A DNA stretch of 64,000 nucleotides. Source: Basidiobolus meristosporus CBS 931.73. Lineage: Eukaryota > Fungi > Basidiobolomycota. The stretch is taken from contig MCFE01000070.1 in assembly GCA_002104905.1 (NCBI GenBank), positions 123,138 to 187,137 of the forward strand, written 5' to 3'. Under the pieces are notes generated by a model. It did no database searches, had not been told where the DNA came from, and was given only the letters and a program-made list of their open reading frames with translations. Positions within the stretch are counted from its first letter, which is position 1. Each line of letters starts with the position of its first letter. Made by a program: the position numbers and the translations under genes. Positions 53,002-62,610 of the stretch are shown here, piece after piece.

Positions 53002-53838
53002 TATACAATCATCACTTGCTCATTGAGTACTCATGGCTTGTCTCGACTGATATTCTGCTAACTAGTTGATCTGAACCTTTGCCATCCCTGCTATTGGCCA
53101 CTTTCTCAGTTTTTCCTCCTACCTGTTATATCCCAAGAACTCAATATATCACTGATTGGGGATACTAAACTCTTTTTGACAATTGAGCTATACTAATACA
53201 GAGGGATAAGAGGCTCCACTTGGCATTTCACTTAGTATGGGTGCTAAGCTGACTGTTTTAACCATTGCGTTCCCACTGTAGCCAGTCACCTCATTCCCAT
53301 ATCAATGAAAATTGGTGCCTATGCACTCATGGTGAAATAAAGTCACATTGTCAGTAGGTTAATTTTAATTGTTGGTATTAGTATCCACCTTTTGACAATC
53401 ATGACACCACTAACATCAGCTTCCACTTTATTTTGACAACATCAAGCAGACTCCATTGCTTTGCAGCCACTGGCAGGTGGCCACATCATGGATGCAGCCT
53501 TGTTGCCATGGTGAAATATCTTTGCTTAGGACAGTTACAGTTGCCAGCTGGAAGAATCACTCTTCAATAGACTTGAGTACAGAGGTCATATGCTATATCA
53601 GAAGCTCTTTGAAAAAAACTGAGCAGGATCATTTTGTGAAAGCCAGTAGGAGAGCTTATTAATCTCAGATATGGCAAGAAAAGAGCAAAATGGAACTAAT
53701 TGTGCAGTTGTTGTGGCAATGGTTGAGAAAGGCTAGAGACAAAAGAGATTAGTTGTAAAAGCATCACCTTGTGGGTGAATGCTTTGAAAACGGAGCTAAG
53801 TATTTCTGCATGACCAAATAGCCTATGGGAGTGAGTGC

Positions 53839-54187
53839 TGTTGTAACAATTCAGAATTTCACCCAAATATTCAGCTGCCTTGGTCACTTAGATCATTACC
53901 TTCTCACTCTAGAGAATAATGGCCAGCTTCCTTGTTGGGATCTACTTGGAATATTTTCACCAGAATATCAGGTACCCAAAACATGAAAATTAGGTAAGTT
54001 GTACAAGCAGCTTCAAACTTTGCACACATTTTTTTGGGACCTTCCTTAACCTATTCTATGGTCTTGCTATGCCAAGACTATGTAAAAGTACAAATACTAC
54101 TTTTACATTCAATAAATCATTAAGTAAAAACCACTTAATCTGCTTGTTCTCCCAATCACTTCCAATATCTCCAAAACTCATACTACA
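53839..54187 (+). mobile_element. Degenerate solo LTR related to the downstream Copia LTR
   Basis: TGTTG start, CA end; long co-linear similarity to 54349-54679 (gtcacttagatcatt...gggaccttccttaacctatt...aataaatcattaagt...tcacttccaatatctccaa). Confidence 0.7.
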
Positions 54188-54348
54188 GTTGCAGCAAGTT
54201 GTAAAGTCTCAGAAATAGTGTGAAACAGTAACAAAGCATCTCAGGATTGAACATTCCTTATCTTAAATGATGCTGGCTCATGCTGCACTTGTAGACTTAA
54301 ATTAACTCCGTATTAAGCTTGCATACAGCTATTTTGATATGTTTTAGC

Positions 54349-55450
54349 TGTTGTAAGAGTTTGTATTTCCACCTAAATATTCACCTAACTTAGTCACTTA
54401 GATCATTCCTTCATATCCTAGAGAATACTGACCAAATTCCTTGTTGGGATTTACTTAGAATATTTACCCAGAACATGAAAATTCTCAAAGTTGTCCAAAC
54501 AGCCCCAAACTTTGCACACATGTTCTTGGGACCTTCCTTAACCTATTATACGTGTTTGTAATGCCAAGACCAGGTAAAAGTATAAATACTGCTTTCACAT
54601 TAATAAATCATTAAGTGAAAACCATGTAAACTACTTGTTGTCCCAAATCACTTCCAATATCTCCAAGACTCTTGCAACAGGTTATAAGCCCCAAGCTGTC
54701 ACTCTCTGCAATGTCTACTACTGCTATTACTGGAACTTTCCCCTCTGCTGAAAAGTTGGATGGATCTAACAACCAAGTGTAGAAGGTGAAGATGAAGATG
54801 CTGCTACAAGAAAGAGACCTTTGGGATATTGTCATGGGAGATGAATGCCCTCCTAAGCACATGGGAGAGGAAGCCTTGAAGTACCAGAAAATAGAACAGA
54901 GTACCTTTAACTGCATTTGCCTTAATGTCAAGACAAGTTGCCAATTCAATGCTCAAGAGCAAAAAAGGCAAAGAATGCCTGGAAGGCATTAGAAGACACC
55001 TACCAGTTGTGTTCAGCTGCTAAGAAAATGTATCTGAGACAAATACTCCCTACTACAAAGATGCTGCCAGGAGAAGAAATGAAAAATCTAATTAACAGAA
55101 TTACCCTGCTGGTAGATGTGATGGAATCTGTGGGCATACCAACTACTGATCAGGATGTGATAGTTACCATCCTGAAAAGCCTGACAGACAAGTTTCAGGG
55201 CCTTGTATTATCCCTAGAGTCAAGAACTGAAGATTTGACCTTAAATTATGCATATGGAAGGCTCCTGGTTGAAGAATTAAGAAAATCAAGTGCAAATAAG
55301 AAGGAAGAAGAATATGCTTTAATAAGCAATGATAACCAACAAAGGAGGTACCCAAGACCCTTCAAAGGCAACAGCAACCTATTTTGTAACTACTGCAAAA
55401 GGAAAGGACACACATCAAATCAGTGTCTCAAAAAGAAAGATAATCAGTAA
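54349..55450 (+). mobile_element. Truncated Ty1/Copia retrotransposon: 5' LTR 54349-54679, PBS 54680-54692, decayed gag
   Basis: LTR inverted ends TGTTGTAAGAGT/ACTCTTGCAACA; PBS GGTTATAAGCCC (copia-type GGTTATGRGCCC). Gag KLDGSN..*KVKMKMLL..RDLWDIV has a stop and a frameshift and ends in the CCHC knuckle CNYCKRKGHTSNQC; no pol. Confidence 0.9.
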
Positions 55451-55518
55451 AAGAAGCCTGAATATGGAAATGCTTAGGGTGTAGGTGTTATAGTAAGGGC
55501 TAGGAAAAGGTTAGAAGA

Positions 55519-55588
55519 GCAGGGGGTCTGGGGGACGCAGTCCCCTAGAGAATAAAATAGCAGGGGGTTTGGGGGATGCAATCCCCCA
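55519..55588. repeat. Two copies of a G-tract plus GC hairpin motif
   Basis: GCAGGGGGTCTGGGGGACGCAGTCCCC and GCAGGGGGTTTGGGGGATGCAATCCCCC; stems GGGGAC/GTCCCC and GGGGGA/TCCCCC. Confidence 0.75.
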
Positions 55589-55601
55589 TACTGCTCCCAT
55601 A

Positions 55602-57203
55602 TGTTGTGCATCAACATTGAAAACTTAGCCAATTTTACTCCATTTGAAAATCTAGTACCCTAACTGATTTTCCCTAACCCAAACATAACAAATCCCAGTT
55701 ACAGTTTATTTTATCCCACCTCAGAATCTATTTTTAGCTATCACACCTGATCTATTTTCAAATGGTCATTATGTTATCAACCTATCTGCCAAGCCTTCCC
55801 AGGTGATTTGTCATCTGAGATCTATCCAACCACTGTGCAGTTGCCAAGACATCAATTGATTGATGATGTAATTTTCATCTTATGCACCTACGAGCACCCA
55901 AATTGATTTCAATCTATCCAGTCCCTTGGCGCTTACTAATTCAACTTGATTAGAAAAGTATAAATAAAGTTTACTGAACCTTTTGGTTTAGTGTGTGTCT
56001 CAACAAAATTAAGATTCTGTCTCAGCAAAAATAAGAGTCCAACAATTCAGTTCTAGTTTCTATCCAAGCCTAGTATATCTAGCACTCCAAAGAACACCAA
56101 GCCTAGCCTGCCTAGCAAACAAATATCATTGTCTTTATAGCCAACCCAGCTATATCCAAGACCAATATTAGATCAGAATCTCTCTGCTAATATTTCCACC
56201 ACTCTCTGACAATTCCAAGATTCTGCACTTAATTGTCCCTTTGGTTCAGTTAAACCATTCAAGAGTTTTATTACACTTTCTCTTGGATACAACATTTTTT
56301 TGTTGAATTCCATTACATTCAGCCAATTAGAAAATGTCCTCAGTAGCAAGCAATCCAAACCTTTCCATGTTGGAAGAAGCCAGAAGAAATCAGGAAGAAC
56401 TTACTGAACAGCTTGAAAACATCATGCTTGAAAGAAATACCATGATGCTTGAGCACTCAAAGCTTGCCAAAACAAGATCTGATAATCACTATAGAGATGA
56501 ACTCCTTGAAGTTATATCCGGTTACTAAGATGAAATTGGAATAATTAAAGAAGCACTGGAGGATATTGTCATAGTAATTGACAGCATTGAAAATCCGCCA
56601 AGCCGTGCTCTGCATCAGCCACCAAGAAGCCATGCCTTTGAATCCTCCAGATCTACATCTCCTTCTAGACCTGCCCCGGTGGTTGTCCCAAGATCCTTGC
56701 TTGTTTATGCTGAAGGCACCAATGCCATCAAGAGTCCAACTGAGTTTCTTTACAAGTTTAGTCATGTCTTAGATGCACACCAGCTAGACTCTGACACCAA
56801 CTGGGCTAGACTTCTGCCTCTCTGTCTCACAATGCAAGATGCTGACTGGGTTGAAGTGAACATTCCTTCCAATAGTATGTGGAAAATTGCCCAAAACCTC
56901 TTTTGCAGCCATTTTGAAGATCCTCTCAAGAAAGCACATCTGAACTGCAACTTATGGAAAACTAAAATGCAAAAAGGTGAATCTGTGCAACACTTCTGTG
57001 ATAGATTTCAAAGACAAATGAGATTAGCTGGAGTTAGTGATGATAATCCATCGCTTACTGCTCATTTTCTTTCAAACTTTTCACACCAGCTACAGAGCAA
57101 TATTGCTATTCTCAAAGCATGCAACCCTGCACGTACCTATGACCAGATCTCAGAGATATGTACACTGGCAATCACCTTGACTGCAGCTGTTAGCCAGATT
57201 TAG
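55602..57203 (+). mobile_element. Truncated Ty3/Gypsy relic: possible LTR 55602-56005 and gag pseudogene 56334-57203 (one internal TAA)
   Basis: ORFs 56334-56528 and 56679-57203 are in one frame; NWARLLPLCL...W...F...F...LWKTKMQKGESVQHFCDRF is retrotransposon gag-like. TGTTG...CAACA with TATAAATAAA suggests an LTR (less certain). Confidence 0.75.
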
Positions 57204-57222
57204 GGTTAGGGTTAGGGTTAGG
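57200..57222 (+). repeat. Interstitial telomeric repeat (TTAGGG)3 TTAGG
   Basis: Directly visible; separates the Gypsy gag from the AT-rich island. Confidence 0.97.
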
Positions 57223-57670
57223 CGAGTTTATGGCATGAAGTATTATTATTCTCTGCAATTGGTTTGTTGGATGATAAATTAGTTTTGTCAGCACACCTAT
57301 CATCCAACAACCTTTCTTCTTGCAAATTTTTTTGTAAATTTTGATAATTTGTATTAATAACAGATTGCAATTCTTCTTCTGTGTATAGGTAATGTTCCAT
57401 TAATGCAACGTAAGTCAGTGCAACCTTTGATATATGATACCCGCAATATTCTGAATCTTGTTTGACTTTGTGGCCGCATTTAGAACCTTTATTATGTCCA
57501 GTGGTTATTATAGCAATACATTTACAACTTTTTGCAGATTTGTCTGGATTATATTCTTGGTTAGCTAATATGGCATTTCTTGCATTGCAAATATGCAGTA
57601 TACATTGGTTAAGCCTTTTGGTTATATTGCTTTCAAGTTGGGCAAATAACTTCTGAATTTCAAATTCCAT
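57218..57670 (-). CDS. Zinc-ribbon protein with giant-virus-type C-x-A-x4-G-x2-K-G-x2-C...C-x2-H motif (DUF5763-like)
   Basis: CIAIITTGHNKGSKCGHKVKQDSEYCGYH; its TAA stop overlaps the last telomeric unit. Confidence 0.6.
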   Translation of the reverse strand: MEFEIQKLFAQLESNITKRLNQCILHICNARNAILANQEYNPDKSAKSCKCIAIITTGHNKGSKCGHKVKQDSEYCGYHISKVALTYVALMEHYLYTEEELQSVINTNYQNLQKNLQEERLLDDRCADKTNLSSNKPIAENNNTSCHKLA

Positions 57671-58030
57671 AGTTAGTTAACTTGCAAGTTAATCCAATAG
57701 TTGATTTAAAATCAGATGATAATAGAGAATATATATATAACATAAATTGTACAGATAATAGAAGCTAATATTACAAATAACAAATGATTGAGTTACGTGT
57801 GTAGGCCCAGAGTATCATTGACCAATCAATAAATAAAAAATTTTTTGTCAAACATTTTTTTTGCAAATTTATTTTTTGTGAATCCAGTTTGTTATATTAT
57901 CCACATTTTGTAAAAACCCATTTTTAATTCATAATTTTGTTAAACCTTGAATAACCCCATCTAAACTTAAAAAGTTTTTACAAACCCTAAATAATCTGAT
58001 CTCAACAACAAATTTTTTATTATCTTAAAC

Positions 58031-58460
58031 CCAAATTAATATCTTTGCATCAAGATTTAAACTTTAATCATCACGCCAAACTTTTTTAAATTATAAACGT
58101 TAAACTCGGATTAATATCTTTGCATCAAGATTTAAACTTTAATCATTACGCCAAACTTTTTTTAATTATAAATGTTAAACTCAAATTAATATTTTTGCAT
58201 CAAAATTTAAATTTGGATCATCACGCCAAACTGTTTTAAATTATAAATGTCCAACTAGGATTAAAATCTTGTCTTCAAAATCTAATTTTGGTTGTCCCAA
58301 AACTTTTTTAACAAACTTCTAAACGTCATACTAGAATTCAAATTTTGTCTTCAAGATTTGAGTTTGGTCGTTTTAAAACTTTTTTAACAAACTTCTAAAC
58401 GTCCGACTCAAATTAGTTTTTTGTTTTTAAAAATTTAGCTTTATCACCCCGCAAACTTTT
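58031..58460. repeat. Array 1 of ~75-bp degenerate tandem repeats with palindromic core
   Basis: Unit starts at 58041, 58116, 58191, 58266, 58342; core such as AATTCAAATTTTG-TCTT-CAAGATTTGAGTT. Confidence 0.9.
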
Positions 58461-58645
58461 TTTAACTCCAAAAATTATTTAACACAACAAAATCTTAACA
58501 ATCACACCAGTTTTAAATCTTTTACATTACTTGTTCAACAAATAAAAATTCATCCAGACTTTTTGTCCAAACCTCTTTTTTTAATCTATGTTTTTAATCT
58601 ACGTTTTTATTGTAAGTATTTTTTTGTTAAACTTGTTAATACCAC

Positions 58646-59062
58646 TTAAATCATAACGCCAATTAACATTAATAACATAATAAACAAACCGTTTATAGTT
58701 ATTTTAGAACTGTTGGACCCCATTGGAAATACACAATTTCTACCTGGGGTTGTAATATTAGTATACATCCTTGTATTTCTGAAGTTGATATGATCACATT
58801 GGACAGAACAATACGTAAAACCATTTGTTGAACACAAATTAATTGCTTCTGAAGTCTTGTTTTGCAAAATATCTAAATTTGTATTATTGTTGTAGTTTAA
58901 ATAAACCCAATAATTAAATCCTTTGCATGTTCCATTAGTAACAACACCATTAGTAGACAAAGTTATCATATTAAAAAGATCCTTGTTTAAAAACATAAAT
59001 GCATTTAAAGTAAGAACTGTATTTATTTCTGCAACTTGGATGTATGTAAGAATGCAATACAT
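58646..59062 (-). CDS. Small Cys/Asn-rich protein with C-terminal hydrophobic anchor (glycoprotein-like)
   Basis: Several NxT/S sequons, six Cys, C-terminal ITINGLFIMLLMLIGVMI. Confidence 0.55.
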   Translation of the reverse strand: MYCILTYIQVAEINTVLTLNAFMFLNKDLFNMITLSTNGVVTNGTCKGFNYWVYLNYNNNTNLDILQNKTSEAINLCSTNGFTYCSVQCDHINFRNTRMYTNITTPGRNCVFPMGSNSSKITINGLFIMLLMLIGVMI

Positions 59063-59209
59063 AATTTAAAGTTTGTAAAAACTTGTTTATTTTTGTATAT
59101 AACAATCAAACAATATTATTACTTAAACCCTTAAAGAAAAATAAAAACAAATTTCTAAACGCTTAATTAGAAACTTTTTAACATTTAACATAATTGTTCC
59201 AGAAATTTT

Positions 59210-59785
59210 TTATGATTTAATCTGCAATAACAATGCATTATGTTTAACAGAAAAATATTTTGATTTTTGTTTTTGTTCCCATTTTAAATTCATAAGTTGT
59301 TGTTGTATTTCTTTTAATTTGACGCCATAAGTTTTACGTTCTTGATCTAGCTTTTTTATTTTTAAGTTTAATTTTGTTAATTTTTGTTCTATGCTTGGAT
59401 TACACTCTTGTTGAATCTTTTGTTCCGTCCAACTAATTTCTTGTTGAACTTGCTCTGTTTCTTGATTTATATGCTTTCATCTTTGTTCTATTTGGGATAT
59501 CTCATGTGCAACTTGTTTTAATTGTTGGTCAACTCCATCTTGAAAACTTTGCTGCTCTGGTTTAAGTTCACTTGCTAATTTGCTAATATTTTGGATTTTT
59601 ATTTCCAATGCTGATTTTCTTGGTTTGTATACATTATATACGTTGAAAACCATGTGTATAATATATATTATACATATTACATAATAAATTAATTTTTGCT
59701 TTTTTGACGAATCTGAAATAATGTGCATAATAATAGTTTTGTACATTTGTGTCAACAAATTTTTAACTTTACAATCAATATCCAC
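59210..59785 (-). pseudogene. TM plus coiled-coil ORF interrupted by a single in-frame TGA (59477-59479)
   Basis: The frame continues 88 codons past the TGA (KHINQETEQVQQEIS...) to TAA 59210; TM segment LIYYVICIIYIIHMVF. Confidence 0.7.
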
Positions 59786-59814
59786 AGTTTATCTATAATC
59801 CAAGCTTAATTGCT

Positions 59815-60440
59815 TATAAACTTTTTTAAAACATCTAAATGTCATACTAAAATTAGTATTTTGTCTTTAAAACCTGAGTTTGGTTGTTTTAAAACTTTTT
59901 TAAAAAATTATAAACGTTAAACTAAAATTAATATCTTTGCATCAAGATTCAAACTTTAATCATCACGCCAAACTTTTTAAAAAAATATAAACATTAAACT
60001 TGAATTAATATCTTTGCATCAAGATTTAAACTTTAATCATCACGCCAAATTTTTTAAATTATAAACATTAAACTTGGATTAATATTTTTACATCAAGATT
60101 TAAACTTGGATCATCACGCCAAACTTTTTTAAAATATAAACGTTAAACTTGGATTATTATTTCATATTCAAACTTAACTGAGACAAAATTCTTTACAAGT
60201 AGTTAGTTGTTTCAAGATCTAAACTTTGTCAAAAAACTTTTTTAAAACCAAATTTTTTAAACATCAAACCCAAATTGTTATTTTTTGTTTCAAGACTTGG
60301 ACTTAGTCTCAACAAAAAAATTATTTCAAGATCTAAACTTGGTCAAGACAAAACTTTTTAAAAAATTTTTACACGTATAACTTGAATTAATATTTGTTTC
60401 AAGACTTGAACTTGGATCATCCCGCAAGACTTTTTTAAAT
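59815..60440. repeat. Array 2 of the same ~75-bp repeat family
   Basis: Unit starts at 59858, 59933, 60010, 60084 (atctttgcatcaagatttaaactttaatcatcacgccaaac); degenerate units continue to ~60440. Confidence 0.9.
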
Positions 60441-60547
60441 CAGATAAAAAAAATATTTTGCGCAAATAATTTTAATATATATATTAATTATAAAACAAAT
60501 ATAATGCCATTTTGCTCAATCAATATTAAACCAATTTTTGCAAAGGT

Positions 60548-61300
60548 TTAAAAAGATGTTTGTATCATGTAAGTTAAATATCTTACTAATGGTGCAAGTT
60601 GTTGTTTCCACAAATCTGGGTCTTTATTAATATAGATTTCTACTGGGTCAAATTTGGCTTTGTGTTCCCACCTTAATTTAGACCTAATCTCATCCAAATC
60701 GTTGTTATCAAAAATGTCTTCTCTGTTTGGTCCAACACACCAAATAATTTCCCACATATATCCTGAAGTTATAGCTCCATAAACCGTATGATCCATTCAA
60801 TGACCACATTTTATATTTTGCATATAAGCGTTATATAATTGCATAAGATTTTGGGCTTGACCTTGGTTCCACCCTTCTTGTTTTGCCTCAACAATAATTA
60901 CAAACTGTTTTTTATTTACAATCACAAATTCAACCGTACCCTTTACAGCATCACCTATAAGATTAAATTCTTGTTCAAGTTTAACCTCTTTATCGTAATA
61001 TAAAGCAACAATATTATATAATATTGTCAATACAAAATCACCTTGGGTAGTTTCTCCTTTGTCATCAACAACGCCCTTGGCTTTTGTAAGATTAATAAGA
61101 GACTTGACTATATGATTTAATGTATCTTCATCAACATCTGCTCCTTCAAGTTTAGAATCCATTGCCAAAAATTCTCTATATTTGATACCAAGAAACTCCA
61201 AAACTTTTTTGTAACTGATATTTGAATACCCGCCTTTATTTTCAGATTTATATTTATCTGATGTTGTAGATAAATTGACTATTCTTTTTTTGGTTGCCAT
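60548..61300 (-). pseudogene. PD-(D/E)xK restriction-endonuclease-fold protein interrupted by an in-frame TGA (60797-60799)
   Basis: GTVEFVI...IIVEAKQE...GQAQNLMQL...*..VYGAITSG..W; ORFs 60797-61300 and 60548-60796 abut in one frame. Confidence 0.7.
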
Positions 61301-61443
61301 GAAAAAATATTACAAATAAGTTGTTCAATGATAAAACATAAATGCAAAATAATAAATTTCAAATAAATGTAATATTATTATGTTAATTGGATTTTTTGCA
61401 TTTATCATCCAATATATACCATTTTTAATTCTCAGATGCAAAC

Positions 61444-61532
61444 TTAGGGTTAGGGGGGAGACAGTCACCAACAGGTGAAATCTTTAGGGTTTAGGGGCGG
61501 GAGACAGTCACCAACAGGTGAAATCTTAGGGT
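61444..61532 (-). mobile_element. Two ~30-bp stubs of the conserved element 3' tail, each flanked by telomeric repeats
   Basis: TTAGGG..GAGACAGTCACCAACAGGTGAAATCTT-TAGGG at 61458 and 61501. Confidence 0.75.
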
Positions 61533-62059
61533 AGGGGGGGAGGAAAGTCACCAAGTGGTGAAATCTTTATTTACTTATGACAAGTATCTAAAGAAGCCAA
61601 GTTAATCTGAAGTAATTCCTAGAAAGCTAGGTCTGAGAGATATCTTCCTGGTAAGCCAGGTCTGAGAGTTGAGAAGCTGAGTGGTACTATATTTCCTAGT
61701 TAGCTAGGTCTGAGAGAGGTTTCCTGGAAAGCCAGGCCTGAGAAGTGAGAATCTGAATATATCTGAGCTAAGTTATACTGGTTTGCGGTAGCTGAATTGT
61801 GGCCGGAATGGCCAGTAGACTGGGGGAACTGAGAGGAATTTCTGGGCGATCACTGGCCAAATTTACTAGGCAAATCTGGCCAATTAGCATTTCAAGGATT
61901 TCAGCCAATCAGAGCCTTTACTTTGCCCGATGGTTGATCAAGCCATCTCCCAATGAGCACACATCAATTTATTAATCAAATTTTGCTGGATCCAGGATTT
62001 GAACCCACAACCATGGGTATGGAAGGGTTAGGGATAACCACAAGGCTAAGTGTTCTTGG
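61533..62059 (-). mobile_element. tRNA-headed SINE-like telomeric element, copy 1 (527 bp)
   Basis: Minus strand A box TAGCCTTGTGG (62038-62048) and B box GGTTCAAATCC (61995-62005) at tRNA spacing; 3' end carries the shared tail. Confidence 0.7.
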
Positions 62060-62586
62060 TTAGGGGGAGGAAAGTCACCAAGTGGTGAAATCTTTATTTA
62101 CTTATGACAAGTATCTAAAGAAGCCAAGTTAATCTGAAGTTGTTCCTAGAAAGCTAGGTCTGAGAGATATCTTCCTGGTAAGCCAGGTCTGAGAGTTGAG
62201 AAGCTGAGTGGTACTATATTTCCTAGTTAGCTAGGTCTGAGAGAGGTTTCCTGGAAAGCCAGGCCTGAGAAGTGAGAATCTGAATATATCTGAACTAAGT
62301 TATACTGGTTTGCGGTAGCTGAATTGTGGCCGGAATGGCCAGTAGACTGGGGGAACTGAGAGGAATTTCTGGGCGATCACTGGCCAAATTTACTAGGCAA
62401 ATCTGGCCAATTAGCATTTCAAGGATTTCAGCCAATCAGAGCCTTTACTTTGCCCGATGGTTGATCAAGCCATCTCCCAATGAGCACACATCAATTTGTT
62501 AATCAAATTTTGCTGGATCCAGGATTTGAACCCACAACCATGGGTATGGAAGGGTTAGGGATAACCACAAGGCTAAGTGTTCTTGG
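62060..62586 (-). mobile_element. tRNA-headed SINE-like telomeric element, copy 2
   Basis: About 99% identical tandem copy (four base differences seen); A box 62565-62575, B box 62522-62532. Confidence 0.7.
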
Positions 62587-62610
62587 TTAGGGTTAGGGTT
62601 AGGGTTAGGG
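62587..62610 (+). repeat. Interstitial telomeric repeat (TTAGGG)4
   Basis: Directly visible. Confidence 0.97.

Larger units (their letters stand above)
57223..61443 (-). mobile_element. Very AT-rich foreign island with four co-oriented intronless ORFs; candidate endogenous large-DNA-virus fragment or Terminon-like cargo
   Basis: Abrupt drop in GC, TTAGGG at both ends, all ORFs on the minus strand and ending in TAA, repeat arrays between ORFs. Confidence 0.7.

Noticed and set aside
58031-60440. CRISPR array
   Set aside because: Units are degenerate along their whole length with no unique spacers, there are no cas genes, and the context is eukaryotic.
57223-61443. Mitochondrial DNA insertion (NUMT)
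   Set aside because: No respiratory-chain, rRNA or tRNA sequence recognised, and Trp is mostly TGG.
61981-62058. Functional tRNA gene (Gly-TCC-like loop CTTCCAT)
   Set aside because: The acceptor stem does not pair, the anticodon stem is disrupted by CCCTAACCC, and the B box is mutated; treated as a SINE head.
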